From a virus (Duplodnaviria > Caudoviricetes): a stretch of DNA of 60,585 nucleotides. A model generated the notes under the pieces. It ran no database searches. It had not been told where the DNA came from and saw only the letters and a program-made list of their open reading frames with translations. Numbering within the stretch: the first letter of the stretch is position 1; the number at the start of each line of letters is the position of its first letter. Position numbers and translations under genes: made by a program. Location of the stretch: the IMG/VR virus record IMGVR_UViG_3300034110_000180, positions 1 to 60,585 of that record. The stretch is one strand, 5' to 3'. This document shows, piece after piece, positions 8,733 through 17,585 of this stretch.

Positions 8733-9416
8733 ATGGCAACCGTGTACGTTACCAAAGAACTCAAGGACCGCGTCCGCAACAACATCAACACCATGCGTGT
8801 GGCAGAAATCAACAGCGACCTGCCCGGGTATGACAGAGAGCACCTCATCAACGCCTCGCACATCTACCACCTCGGGTGCTGGGGCAAGGAGCACATGCAC
8901 CTGCTCAATGTCATCCCCAAAGACTGGCTGGCATGCAACGAATCCGTGAACACCCACGTGGCGGCCCCGCACACTGATGCCAACGGCAACAGCGGCGAAC
9001 TTGTGTTCAGCATCAAGTTCCGCAACAAGGACAGTTTCTACAACCGCCCATCGACTGACTACTGGAACCGCGTTAATTCAAGGGTTACGTTGGAAGAAGT
9101 GACTGCACTGCCAGAAGAGACACCGGGCCGCGCCGAGGTTCTTCGGCGGTACGAAGACGAGAAAGTTTTGATTGGCATCAACAGCCGCTGGGAGACAGTG
9201 CAGACCAACATCATGGAGTTCCTCGACAAGTGCAAGTCGCTCAACGAGGCAGTCAAGCTGTTCCCTACGATCACCATGTACCTGCACCAAGACGACATTG
9301 CTCGCCTCAATCGCAAGGTTGAGCGCACCGCACAGCGCAAAGCTATCGTGTTAGATGTTGACGTTGAGGGCATTACAGCAGCGGCCATCGCCGCCAAGCT
9401 GAGTGCGTCGCTGTGA
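8733..9416 (+). CDS. Hypothetical protein, possibly Nmad5-like
   Basis: AAGGA SD; C-terminal CKSLNEAVKLFP pattern. Confidence 0.6.
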   Translation: MATVYVTKELKDRVRNNINTMRVAEINSDLPGYDREHLINASHIYHLGCWGKEHMHLLNVIPKDWLACNESVNTHVAAPHTDANGNSGELVFSIKFRNKDSFYNRPSTDYWNRVNSRVTLEEVTALPEETPGRAEVLRRYEDEKVLIGINSRWETVQTNIMEFLDKCKSLNEAVKLFPTITMYLHQDDIARLNRKVERTAQRKAIVLDVDVEGITAAAIAAKLSASL

Positions 9417-9640
9417 GCCTTGCAGACCAGATAGTCGCGATGGAAGAAGAGCTCCAAAGAGCATTGGAAGATGCCCGCATGTACGAGCGGACGTGCAATA
9501 TTCTGGAAGACCAAAACGAAGACCTGTCCGATGAGCTAATAGACGCTTGTGACTTCATTGATTTCGTTGACAAGACCAACCCCGAGCTGCGTGTTGCGTA
9601 TAACGCAGCCAAAGCATTGGAAGGAAACAAAAATGGCTGA
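9413..9640 (+). CDS. Small acidic coiled-coil protein
   Basis: GTGA overlap; heptad pattern. Confidence 0.7.
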   Translation: MSLADQIVAMEEELQRALEDARMYERTCNILEDQNEDLSDELIDACDFIDFVDKTNPELRVAYNAAKALEGNKNG

Positions 9641-9824
9641 CAAGATCACCTACCCCACGATTCCCGTGGGTCACCCCGACTACAAGTGGACGTCAGGCGC
9701 TGACGTACAGGCTACATGGAGACGCTTCGGCTGGGTGCCGCCGTTCGGCAACAAGTTCGAGCCCATACCTCCTAAGGAGGTAGAGGTTGTGCAAGCCACA
9801 CGTAAGTATTGGAGAGTCAAATGA
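9633..9824 (+). CDS. Small phage protein (DVQATWRRFGWVPP motif)
   Basis: AAGGA SD; overlaps both neighbours. Confidence 0.7.
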   Translation: MADKITYPTIPVGHPDYKWTSGADVQATWRRFGWVPPFGNKFEPIPPKEVEVVQATRKYWRVK

Positions 9825-10468
9825 CACCCATGGAAAGATTCAAGGCACTGACCGCAAGACAGCGCGACGAGATACTGGATAAGCACCGCCAGTTCAACAC
9901 AGAGCACCTCAACTGGTGGGATAGCACATACGACGACTTCAAGAGCGACATGGACGCCATCGGTATCGACGTTGACAGGATGTACTTCAGCGGCTTCTCA
10001 TCGCAAGGTGACGGTGCATGCTTCGAGGGTAATGTCGACGACTGGCCCAAGTTCTTAGAGTCGGTGGGGTACACGTGCCCAGCACTCACTGCACTGGCGG
10101 CAGAGTCGTGGGGTTTGAGCGTCGTCCACCGAGGCCACTACTACCACGAGAACTGCACGCACTTCACGTCTGACATGGTGAGCCCAGACGACTACAGCGA
10201 GTCCGAGATGGATGAGTTCGTGTACGCCCATAGTCCATACAAAACAGACATTCAGAACGCAGCGTTCGTGGCCATCCTCAAAGGATACAACTTCGGCGCA
10301 CTGGAAGACGAGTTCGAGGAAGCCTTCAAGGACCACATGCGCAAGCTGTACCGATCACTCGAAGCTGAGTACGACCACCAAACATCCGACGAGTCCGTGC
10401 TGGAAGCACTGGCCGCCAACGACATGCTTACTGAAATCATTGATGAACTGGAGAGCGAACATGCCTGA
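9821..10468 (+). CDS. Acidic phage protein with YFSGFSSQGDGACFEG motif
   Basis: GGAG SD, ATGA overlap; function unknown. Confidence 0.75.
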   Translation: MTPMERFKALTARQRDEILDKHRQFNTEHLNWWDSTYDDFKSDMDAIGIDVDRMYFSGFSSQGDGACFEGNVDDWPKFLESVGYTCPALTALAAESWGLSVVHRGHYYHENCTHFTSDMVSPDDYSESEMDEFVYAHSPYKTDIQNAAFVAILKGYNFGALEDEFEEAFKDHMRKLYRSLEAEYDHQTSDESVLEALAANDMLTEIIDELESEHA

Positions 10469-10988
10469 CCTGAAAAGCGAACTGATGAAACTGCCCAACC
10501 TGTCCAACCTGTCCAACCTGTCCAACCTGTCCTTTGACGACCCCGGAGAACCTGACATGCAAACAACAATCATCGCCGCCCACCCCAACACACTCGGGGT
10601 TTCCGAGACATTCTTCAACATCATCCGCGACAACCCGGGCCTGCACCGCAGCCAGCTGATTGATCTGGCCCACAAAGCCGGCGTCACAAGGTCGTCGTCA
10701 TCATCACTGCTGGGGCAGTTCACCAAGCGTGGCCTCATCACTACCGTTGACCACGGCACCGGCCTAGTGTTCACTGCTATCGGCTTGGAGTACACCAAGG
10801 GTTACGTCCACAAGCCCAAAGCCAAAGCAGCCAAGGTCAAGCGTGTTGCCAAAGAGACACCTGCCACGCAGTCAATGCCGGACAATCCTATCAGGGTCAT
10901 AGGGACTGTGCCAGAGCTGCTGAACGCCCTGTCCATTGTGCAAGCTCGTGAGCTGTACGACGCACTGAAGAAAATCTTTGGGGCATGA
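10461..10988 (+). CDS. Putative winged-helix DNA-binding protein
   Basis: IIRDNPGLHRSQL..LGQFTKRGLI pattern. Confidence 0.6.
   Translation: MPDLKSELMKLPNLSNLSNLSNLSFDDPGEPDMQTTIIAAHPNTLGVSETFFNIIRDNPGLHRSQLIDLAHKAGVTRSSSSSLLGQFTKRGLITTVDHGTGLVFTAIGLEYTKGYVHKPKAKAAKVKRVAKETPATQSMPDNPIRVIGTVPELLNALSIVQARELYDALKKIFGA
10495..10532 (+). repeat. In-frame 9-bp tandem repeat (CCAACCTGT)x4
   Basis: Encodes NLSNLSNLSNLS. Confidence 0.9.
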
Positions 10989-11290
10989 ACATGTACCTCA
11001 ACTCAGTACCAAGCCCAGTCGAAGGCCCCGACTCATTCAACGTCCGCAGACTGCAGGAATTCTGGCACGTGACCAACAACAACTTCAACATGATTCAAGC
11101 CGAGCTCAACGTAATGAGACTCGAGCTGAGCACGGCCCGGCACGTCAACAAAGAACTCACCCAGCTCCTCAACTGGATTGCAACAACCAACCCGCAAATA
11201 CTTCATGAATTCCAAACCACCGCGCATGCCTTCGACAAACTCGTTCCGCGAAACTCAGGAGACGACGACGTCCCGTGTTCAGCCGCTTAA
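10985..11290 (+). CDS. Hypothetical coiled-coil protein
   Basis: ATGA overlap. Confidence 0.7.
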   Translation: MNMYLNSVPSPVEGPDSFNVRRLQEFWHVTNNNFNMIQAELNVMRLELSTARHVNKELTQLLNWIATTNPQILHEFQTTAHAFDKLVPRNSGDDDVPCSAA

Positions 11291-11396
11291 GTCCTGTGAC
11301 CGATGCAAGACTGAAGCTGACCCAATGGGTGGCGTCGATATGCGCGGCAAGTGGTACTGTGCCAAGTGTTGGATCAAGTTCCTGAACACCAAGTAA
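11205..11396 (+). CDS. Small zinc-finger protein (CDRC..CAKC), start uncertain
   Basis: Two CxxC pairs; stop abuts next start. Confidence 0.55.
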   Translation: MNSKPPRMPSTNSFRETQETTTSRVQPLKSCDRCKTEADPMGGVDMRGKWYCAKCWIKFLNTK

Positions 11397-11397
11397 C

Positions 11398-11868
11398 ATG
11401 AGAAAAAGATCAAAGTACAGACCCAAGCACGTGCTGCTCAACCCCATGGGATTCGTCATGGAGAACTTGTCACCCGTACGGTCGCACACAGCGTTCATGC
11501 TGGACTTGAAGATCAAGAACCACGCAGCGCTGGAAGCCCTGACCAAGGGCAACGCGACACGGGCTGACATCGACACGCTGATTGCCATGGGCAACATCAC
11601 GGAAGCCTTTGCTCGCTTGGGTTTCGGTAAAGACTACAGCGATGTGGTCAATCGAGGACTGCAATCTCTGCGCTCCGTTGGTGCTCGTGGTGCTGAGTCT
11701 GGCCGATTCATTTTAAAGGCCGCTGAGATGTCCGCGCTCAACGAGTTCATGGAACTGCATGATGCACAAATAGAGGTAGTGACCTTGAAGGATATGGACG
11801 CTGCCATTGCATTGGTCCGTGAAGAGTTTCGCTTAAAGAAGATGTCACCTATTACGGAGAAATTATGA
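11398..11868 (+). CDS. Hypothetical protein
   Basis: ORF, tight packing. Confidence 0.75.
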   Translation: MRKRSKYRPKHVLLNPMGFVMENLSPVRSHTAFMLDLKIKNHAALEALTKGNATRADIDTLIAMGNITEAFARLGFGKDYSDVVNRGLQSLRSVGARGAESGRFILKAAEMSALNEFMELHDAQIEVVTLKDMDAAIALVREEFRLKKMSPITEKL

Positions 11869-12029
11869 AGGGCCGAAGATTTCCTGTGTTCTTGGCTGTA
11901 GCATTGTCCGTGTGGGCTTCACTTGCCTACGCTGTCTTTGCTCATGCACCAAGGACACACAACCCGACGGACTGCCGAGAGCTGGCGCAGCCCGACCAAG
12001 ACAACTGTAAGACAAGGAGGAAACTGTGA
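11865..12029 (+). CDS. 54-aa secreted or membrane peptide (not in ORF track)
   Basis: GGAG SD, ATGA overlap, hydrophobic N-terminus. Confidence 0.55.
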   Translation: MKGRRFPVFLAVALSVWASLAYAVFAHAPRTHNPTDCRELAQPDQDNCKTRRKL

Positions 12030-12373
12030 ACAGCAGAACCAAACAGACGCTTGCCCTCGTAGCCATCGCGCTACTGGCCGCATGCGAAAAGGCCCCCACC
12101 CCTGAGGTGGCCACGTACAAAGAGTACACCGACATCGAGCGCAAAAACGTCACGGTGCAGGTCGTGTTCTTGGATGAGCCTACCCGCTACTGCGAAACGG
12201 TTGTCGGCACGCTGCGCAACGAGAAGTCCGAATACTTGGGCTGCTCGACATACATCAAGTCCAAGAACAAATGCGACATCGTGATGCGCAAGCCAACCAA
12301 CTTTAACGACGACCTTCACATGGAAGTGTTGGGCCACGAACTGATGCACTGCTTAGGAGCCAACCATGAGTAA
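12026..12373 (+). CDS. Lipoprotein with HEXXH motif
   Basis: Signal peptide with LLAAC lipobox; HELMH. Confidence 0.75.
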   Translation: MNSRTKQTLALVAIALLAACEKAPTPEVATYKEYTDIERKNVTVQVVFLDEPTRYCETVVGTLRNEKSEYLGCSTYIKSKNKCDIVMRKPTNFNDDLHMEVLGHELMHCLGANHE

Positions 12374-12587
12374 TGGAGAGCCGAACCACAAACTGACCAG
12401 TGATCGTTTCGCTGTGGTGGACGTCAATAACAAGTGGCTGGACGCCAAAAAGTTTTCGCCGCCGAGAGGCGCGAAGATGATGATGATCGACAGAAGGCTG
12501 GGCGTCGCTGTCCTTGGTGTGTGGCGCGACGCAGACGGCTGGACACACTGGTGCCCCCTGCCAACATTTGACCGAGATGGCGAATGA
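12366..12587 (+). CDS. DUF551-like small protein
   Basis: WTHWCPLP C-terminal motif. Confidence 0.65.
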   Translation: MSNGEPNHKLTSDRFAVVDVNNKWLDAKKFSPPRGAKMMMIDRRLGVAVLGVWRDADGWTHWCPLPTFDRDGE

Positions 12588-12835
12588 CAAGGCGCTTCGC
12601 TTCACATGAGATCAGAGCACTGCTGCGGGCCAACCCCGACGGCCTGACACTGAAACAAATTGTGGACGAGTTTCCACAAAGAACACTGGTCAATGTGCGC
12701 AGGTCACTCAAGGCTCTGCCAGACGCATACATTGACCGCTGGGAGTCAGCTCCACGTAAGGCCTACAAGGCAATATGGTGCGTTGTTATCCCGCCAGAAG
12801 ATTGTCCACACCCAACCAAAGGAAAAGTAAGATGA
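12584..12835 (+). CDS. Small HTH-like protein
   Basis: IRALLRANPDGLTLKQI pattern. Confidence 0.65.
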   Translation: MTRRFASHEIRALLRANPDGLTLKQIVDEFPQRTLVNVRRSLKALPDAYIDRWESAPRKAYKAIWCVVIPPEDCPHPTKGKVR

Positions 12836-13143
12836 CTGTGAAGAAGACCAAACCCGTGAGCGCCGACGTGCTCAACCACCCGTTGTACCCCATATTCATT
12901 GCCGCCATCGAGCAAGCCATGTATGGCAAGGGCGAACGCCACGGCGGTGCGCATACACCGTTCATGGACCAGCCATGGGCCCACTACATCCGCATGCACG
13001 GCAGAGGATTTGCCACCGGCCAAGCCGCCAAAAAGCTGGAGGAAGCTGCAAGCACCCGTGATGGCGTGGCCTTCGAGACTGAGGTCTTCGGTGCGCTGGT
13101 GTACATCGGCATGTCCGTCCTCGCAGAGCGCGGTGAAATCTGA
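12832..13143 (+). CDS. Phage protein (GKGERHG..GQAAKKLEEA)
   Basis: ATGA overlap. Confidence 0.75.
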   Translation: MTVKKTKPVSADVLNHPLYPIFIAAIEQAMYGKGERHGGAHTPFMDQPWAHYIRMHGRGFATGQAAKKLEEAASTRDGVAFETEVFGALVYIGMSVLAERGEI

Positions 13144-13490
13144 TGTTCGAAAACATAATGCACGCCTTGATAGGCAACAGCCAGAACCCGCTTCTAAACG
13201 CCGCGAACGGTACGGCCAGCATGGGCTCCGCAATTGGTTCGTCGTACAACAGCCCCGGCACAACAGCCACGGCGGCTATCGCTCAGCAGATTCTGAAGAA
13301 GGAGTCGGCCCCATCGTCCAGAAAAATCTTCCATGGCACAGTGGAAGTCTTGCAGGTGGCCAACGGCTACATCGTCAACATCGGACGCAAAGAGGGCTAT
13401 GCGTACGACACGTACATAGCCGAGACAATTCCTGAGGTGAACGAGCGCATCGCCGCCGCCATCGTCGCATTCCAACTGGAGGGAACATGA
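13143..13490 (+). CDS. Hypothetical protein, tail AIVAFQLEGT
   Basis: TGATG coupling; VANGYIV motif shared with next gene. Confidence 0.75.
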   Translation: MFENIMHALIGNSQNPLLNAANGTASMGSAIGSSYNSPGTTATAAIAQQILKKESAPSSRKIFHGTVEVLQVANGYIVNIGRKEGYAYDTYIAETIPEVNERIAAAIVAFQLEGT

Positions 13491-13765
13491 GTATCAAGCA
13501 AGCAATTCGCAAGTGGCTGATGTCCGACGACAGCAGCGCAGTAAGCCTAGAAGCACCCCGCAGACTGGACGTTAGTGACGATCAGTCCGATCAGACATCC
13601 TTTACCATTCTCAAAGCCGAGAACGGTCGCATCATCAAGGTGTCATCGTACAAGCCAAATCCGCGTGGCCCTGACTGGACGCATGAATTACACATCGTCA
13701 AGGACGACGAGAAAATCCCGGACGTGATCGCTCGCATCATGGCCATCAAAGCACTGGAGAACTGA
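13487..13765 (+). CDS. Hypothetical protein, probable paralog of previous gene
   Basis: AENGRII motif; tail IMAIKALEN. Confidence 0.75.
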   Translation: MSIKQAIRKWLMSDDSSAVSLEAPRRLDVSDDQSDQTSFTILKAENGRIIKVSSYKPNPRGPDWTHELHIVKDDEKIPDVIARIMAIKALEN

Positions 13766-14100
13766 TGATTGACTTTGACATCTACCAACTGCGCGCCATG
13801 CGCACCGCAAAACCAATGGAGCCGCAAGACGACCTCATGCACGCCGCTTACGGCGTTGCCGGGGAAGCCGGTGAGTTCGCTGACTGCGTGAAGAAGAACC
13901 AAGTCTATGGGCGTGAGCTCGACCGTGAGAACGCAATCGAAGAACTCGGTGACCTGCTGTGGTACGTGGCCTTGGGCTGCAGAGCCCTGAACGCGACCAT
14001 GTCCGAAGTCGCTCAGCAAAACCTCGAAAAGCTCAAGGCGAGATACCCGGAAAAATACACCGACGAACTGGCCGCTGAACGAAAGGACAAGGCTGTCTGA
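13765..14100 (+). CDS. mazG: MazG-like nucleotide pyrophosphohydrolase
   Basis: GEAGEFAD..EELGDLLWYV..NLEKLKARYP. Confidence 0.9.
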   Translation: MIDFDIYQLRAMRTAKPMEPQDDLMHAAYGVAGEAGEFADCVKKNQVYGRELDRENAIEELGDLLWYVALGCRALNATMSEVAQQNLEKLKARYPEKYTDELAAERKDKAV

Positions 14101-16055
14101 TGACACCCATCTACATCGACTTCGAGACGTTCTGGAGCACAACACATACGCTCTCAAGAATGTCTCCGACGGAGTACGTCACACACCCGGACACTGAGAT
14201 CATCTCGGCGGCCATCAAGGTGGGCAACTCCCCCACGTACGTTCTGTTCGGCGAGCAGAATATCAGAGAGCATCTCCAGTCGCTCGACTGGTCTGATGCC
14301 ATGGCCGTCGGCCACAACATGTCCGGATTTGACTCGATGATCCTTGCATGGCGCATGGGTGTGAACCCCAAGATGTACGGCTGCACTGCGGCCATGGCAC
14401 GCTCCAAGTATTCCAAGACGGGCACCAAGGTGAGCGGCAAGTTCCTGACCGGCGTGTCCCTCAAGAAGCTGGCTGTCGAACTCGACGTCGGCGCGAAGCT
14501 GGACCTCGAAGCCACGAACACCAAGGGCAAGCACCTGTGCGACTTCAGCGAAGACGAGCTGGCTCAGATGGAGGACTACAACAAAGTCGACACTGACCTG
14601 TGCGCTGCCATCTTCAGAAAGCTGGTCCCGGACTTCCCCAAGTCTGAGTTGCTGCAGATCGACATGACAACGCGCATGCTGGTCGAGCCCAAGTTCTTGC
14701 TCAACTACGCGATGGTGGACAAGGCACTGGAAGACGTCAAGGAAGAAAAGCAGCGCTCACTGCTGGAGCTGGCCAACACCTTGGGTATCGCCGAATACGC
14801 AGCCAACACACTCGAGCATGGCACAACCATCGAGGAGCAGGTTCGCACTGAGCTGGCCTCGTCCGCCAAGTTCTCTGAGTTGCTCAAGCGCCTCGGCGTT
14901 GACGCTCCCATGAAGGTGTCGCCCACCAACCCGCAGAAGATGGTTCCCGCACTGGCCAAGACTGACGACGGCTTCATCAAGCTGCAAGACCACCCGAATC
15001 CTGTGGTGGCCGCTGCTGCAAGGGCCAGACTGGAAGTCAAGTCCACGCTGTTGGAGACACGGTTGCAAGCGTTCCTGCGTGCCGCTGATGCCTGCGACGG
15101 CAAGATTCCTGTGCCGCTCAAGTATGCTGGTGCTGACACCACTGGCCGCTGGTCCGGCGAGCAGTACAACATGCAGAACCTGCCACGCATCGACCCCAAG
15201 AAGCCCAAGCCATCCGACGCCCTGCGCATGTCGCTGAAGGCACCCAAGGGCCACAAGGTGATCGTTGCTGACTTGTCCGGCATTGAGCTGCGCGTCAACA
15301 TGTTCCTGTGGAGAGTCCCCTATGCGATGGAGTTATTTGAGGCCAGCCCAGATAAGGCTGACCTGTACAAGTACTTTGCTGCGCACGACCTGTACAACAT
15401 TACAGAGGCAGAAGTCGACAAGAACCAACGTCAGGTTGGCAAGGTTGCACACTTGGGACTTGGCTTCGGTGCGGGTGGCGCTACGTTCCAAAAGGTTGCC
15501 AAGCTCATGGGCGGCATCGACCTGACACTGGACGAGTCAACCAGCGTGGTGAACAAGTACCGCGATGCCCATGGTGAGATCGTCAACGGCTGGCGTCAAT
15601 TCCAGAACAACCTGACCAACATCCGCCAAGGCATATCGGCATCCATCGACCCGTGGGGTATGTGCCAAGTCGAGCATGAGGCCGTGCGCCTGCCATCCGG
15701 TCGTCGCATCCACTACCCGTCGCTGGTCAAAGAGATCGACAACGGCAAGTCCGAATGGTGGTACGGCAACGGTCGCTCACGGGCTCGCATCTACGCCGGG
15801 AAGGGCGTTGAGAACTTGGTGCAAGCCCTTGCACGAGACGTCATTGCTGAGCATGGCGTTCGGTTCTTCAAGGACACCGGCCTGCGCCCATCACTTGCTG
15901 TGCATGACGAATTGGTTTTCATCGTCCCGGAGCGTTCCGCACAGGAGCATCTGGATCACCTGCAAGGAATCATGCGGCGCGGCGTGTCGTGGTGGCCCGA
16001 GTTGGTGACGTGGTCTGAGGGTGATATAGGAGATTCGTACGGCGAATGCAAATAA
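14100..16055 (+). CDS. polA: Family A DNA polymerase with 3'-5' exonuclease
   Basis: DFET; TGRWS..NMQNLP; motif A DLSGIELR; motif B RQVGKVAHLGLGFG; motif C VHDE. Confidence 0.95.
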   Translation: MTPIYIDFETFWSTTHTLSRMSPTEYVTHPDTEIISAAIKVGNSPTYVLFGEQNIREHLQSLDWSDAMAVGHNMSGFDSMILAWRMGVNPKMYGCTAAMARSKYSKTGTKVSGKFLTGVSLKKLAVELDVGAKLDLEATNTKGKHLCDFSEDELAQMEDYNKVDTDLCAAIFRKLVPDFPKSELLQIDMTTRMLVEPKFLLNYAMVDKALEDVKEEKQRSLLELANTLGIAEYAANTLEHGTTIEEQVRTELASSAKFSELLKRLGVDAPMKVSPTNPQKMVPALAKTDDGFIKLQDHPNPVVAAAARARLEVKSTLLETRLQAFLRAADACDGKIPVPLKYAGADTTGRWSGEQYNMQNLPRIDPKKPKPSDALRMSLKAPKGHKVIVADLSGIELRVNMFLWRVPYAMELFEASPDKADLYKYFAAHDLYNITEAEVDKNQRQVGKVAHLGLGFGAGGATFQKVAKLMGGIDLTLDESTSVVNKYRDAHGEIVNGWRQFQNNLTNIRQGISASIDPWGMCQVEHEAVRLPSGRRIHYPSLVKEIDNGKSEWWYGNGRSRARIYAGKGVENLVQALARDVIAEHGVRFFKDTGLRPSLAVHDELVFIVPERSAQEHLDHLQGIMRRGVSWWPELVTWSEGDIGDSYGECK

Positions 16056-16057
16056 TG

Positions 16058-16085
16058 TTGACAGCACTCACCAAGCTGTTACCAT
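16058..16085 (+). promoter_or_regulatory. Sigma70-like promoter TTGACA-16-TACCAT
   Basis: Consensus -35 in an intergenic gap, followed by hairpin GCCCCCG..CGGGGGC (16103-16132). Confidence 0.55.
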
Positions 16086-16151
16086 AGAGGTTCAGAACAA
16101 AGCCCCCGACCATCAAATGATGCCTCGGGGGCGCAACCGCATTGGAGCAAC

Positions 16152-16808
16152 ATGGCAAACCCCGCATGGACGTACTCGCAATTAGATACGTTCGAGACTT
16201 GCCCCCGCAAGTTCTACCACCTGAAGGTCAAGCGCGACATCGTCGAGCCGCCTACAGTCCACACAGAGTGGGGCACCAAAGTCCACACTGCGTTTGAAGA
16301 GTTCGTCAAAGACGGCGTCATGCTCCCAGAGGGCATGGAGCAGTGGCAGACGTTGGCATACAAGCTGGCCAAGCTGCCCGGTGCGAAGCTGTGCGAACAG
16401 GCCTACGCTCTCGACCGCAACTTCCAGCCAACGGCATGGAAAGGCGCATGGACAAGGGGCATCGCCGACTTGGTTGTTATCCACGGTGACAAGGCCGTCG
16501 TTGCAGACTACAAGACCGGCAAGCGCAAGCCAACCGAGCAGCTTGACCTCTACGCCAACTACGTGTTTGCCCACCACCCAGAGGTCAACAAAGTTACAAC
16601 GGGCTTCATCTGGCTCAAGGAAAAGAAGATCGACTGGAAGCCGCGTGAACGCACTGATGTGCCGATCATCTGGCAGAACTTTGTACCCCGCGTGAACAAG
16701 CTGGAGTCAGCATACGAACGTGATCGCTGGCCAGCAAAGACGTCAGGTCTGTGCAAGGCTTGGTGCCCAGTATTGAGCTGCGAATTCAACGGGAGGAAGA
16801 ATGGCTAG
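16152..16808 (+). CDS. PD-(D/E)XK exonuclease (Cas4/RecB-like)
   Basis: YSQL..CP, IADL, DYKTGK, C-terminal CxxC..C. Confidence 0.9.
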   Translation: MANPAWTYSQLDTFETCPRKFYHLKVKRDIVEPPTVHTEWGTKVHTAFEEFVKDGVMLPEGMEQWQTLAYKLAKLPGAKLCEQAYALDRNFQPTAWKGAWTRGIADLVVIHGDKAVVADYKTGKRKPTEQLDLYANYVFAHHPEVNKVTTGFIWLKEKKIDWKPRERTDVPIIWQNFVPRVNKLESAYERDRWPAKTSGLCKAWCPVLSCEFNGRKNG

Positions 16809-17145
16809 TACCCCAGAAGGCAAGGTCAAAGACGCTTGCAAGAAATACCTCAAGTCCGTCGGTGCTTGGTTCTTTATGCCTGTGTCCAACGGCATGGGGC
16901 AGGTCGGCATCCCTGACATCATCTGCTGCTACCGTGGGTTGTTCGTGGCCATTGAAACCAAGGCTCCGGGCAAGCGAGCGAACACCACGCCCAACCAAGA
17001 TCGAGTCATCGAAGCCATACAAAAAGCTGAAGGCTTTGTTTGGGTAGTGGACAATCCTGATGACATGAAAACCCTGTTCAATTCAATTGACGTCTACTTA
17101 AAAATGGAGAGATCAAATGCCCAAGTCGACACCGCGCAAACTTGA
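16801..17145 (+). CDS. VRR-NUC nuclease
   Basis: TPEGKVK..GIPDII..IETKAPG. Confidence 0.9.
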   Translation: MASTPEGKVKDACKKYLKSVGAWFFMPVSNGMGQVGIPDIICCYRGLFVAIETKAPGKRANTTPNQDRVIEAIQKAEGFVWVVDNPDDMKTLFNSIDVYLKMERSNAQVDTAQT

Positions 17146-17383
17146 ATACCAGAAAGCCTACAACGCTCGCCCTGAAGAAGTGGCCAAGCGCGTGAAGAAC
17201 AACGCAGCACGGCGCGAAGCCATCAAAGATGGCAAGGCCCGAGTCGGTGACGGCAAGGACGTCGCCCACAAGAAGTCCCTCGAGAATGGCGGCGGCAACC
17301 ACAAGTCCAACGTAGCTGTTCAAGACCGAGCAACCAACCGTGGATGGAGGAAAGGCAGTGGCTCTTACAACCCAGATAAGTGA
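17117..17383 (+). CDS. Small basic HNH-like protein
   Basis: GDGKDVAHKK..GG.N..N..NR. Confidence 0.7.
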   Translation: MPKSTPRKLEYQKAYNARPEEVAKRVKNNAARREAIKDGKARVGDGKDVAHKKSLENGGGNHKSNVAVQDRATNRGWRKGSGSYNPDK

Positions 17384-17585
17384 AGGTGTGTGGTTGGAAG
17401 GCTACAAATTTTTCGGTGTAGACCTACCCAAAGGGGTAACTCACTGCCGACTGATGAGAGATCACCTGTGGGACGTTGTAAACGTCCAGTGGATCACAAA
17501 AGGCGGTGTACAGCATTCCATGCCATTTGAACAAACCGACGAAGGAGTCATAGCCGCGCTGACTGCAATGAAACTCACATGCTGA
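17340..17585 (+). CDS. Hypothetical protein (start uncertain), tail ALTAMKLTC
   Basis: ORF fills the gap before the helicase. Confidence 0.55.
   Translation: MDGGKAVALTTQISEGVWLEGYKFFGVDLPKGVTHCRLMRDHLWDVVNVQWITKGGVQHSMPFEQTDEGVIAALTAMKLTC

Noticed and set aside
9821-10468. Toxin-antitoxin system
   Set aside because: Similar proteins are sometimes labelled antitoxin, but no adjacent toxin is recognisable.
16152-16808. Cas4 as part of a CRISPR system
   Set aside because: It is an ordinary phage PD-(D/E)XK exonuclease in a replication module, with no array.
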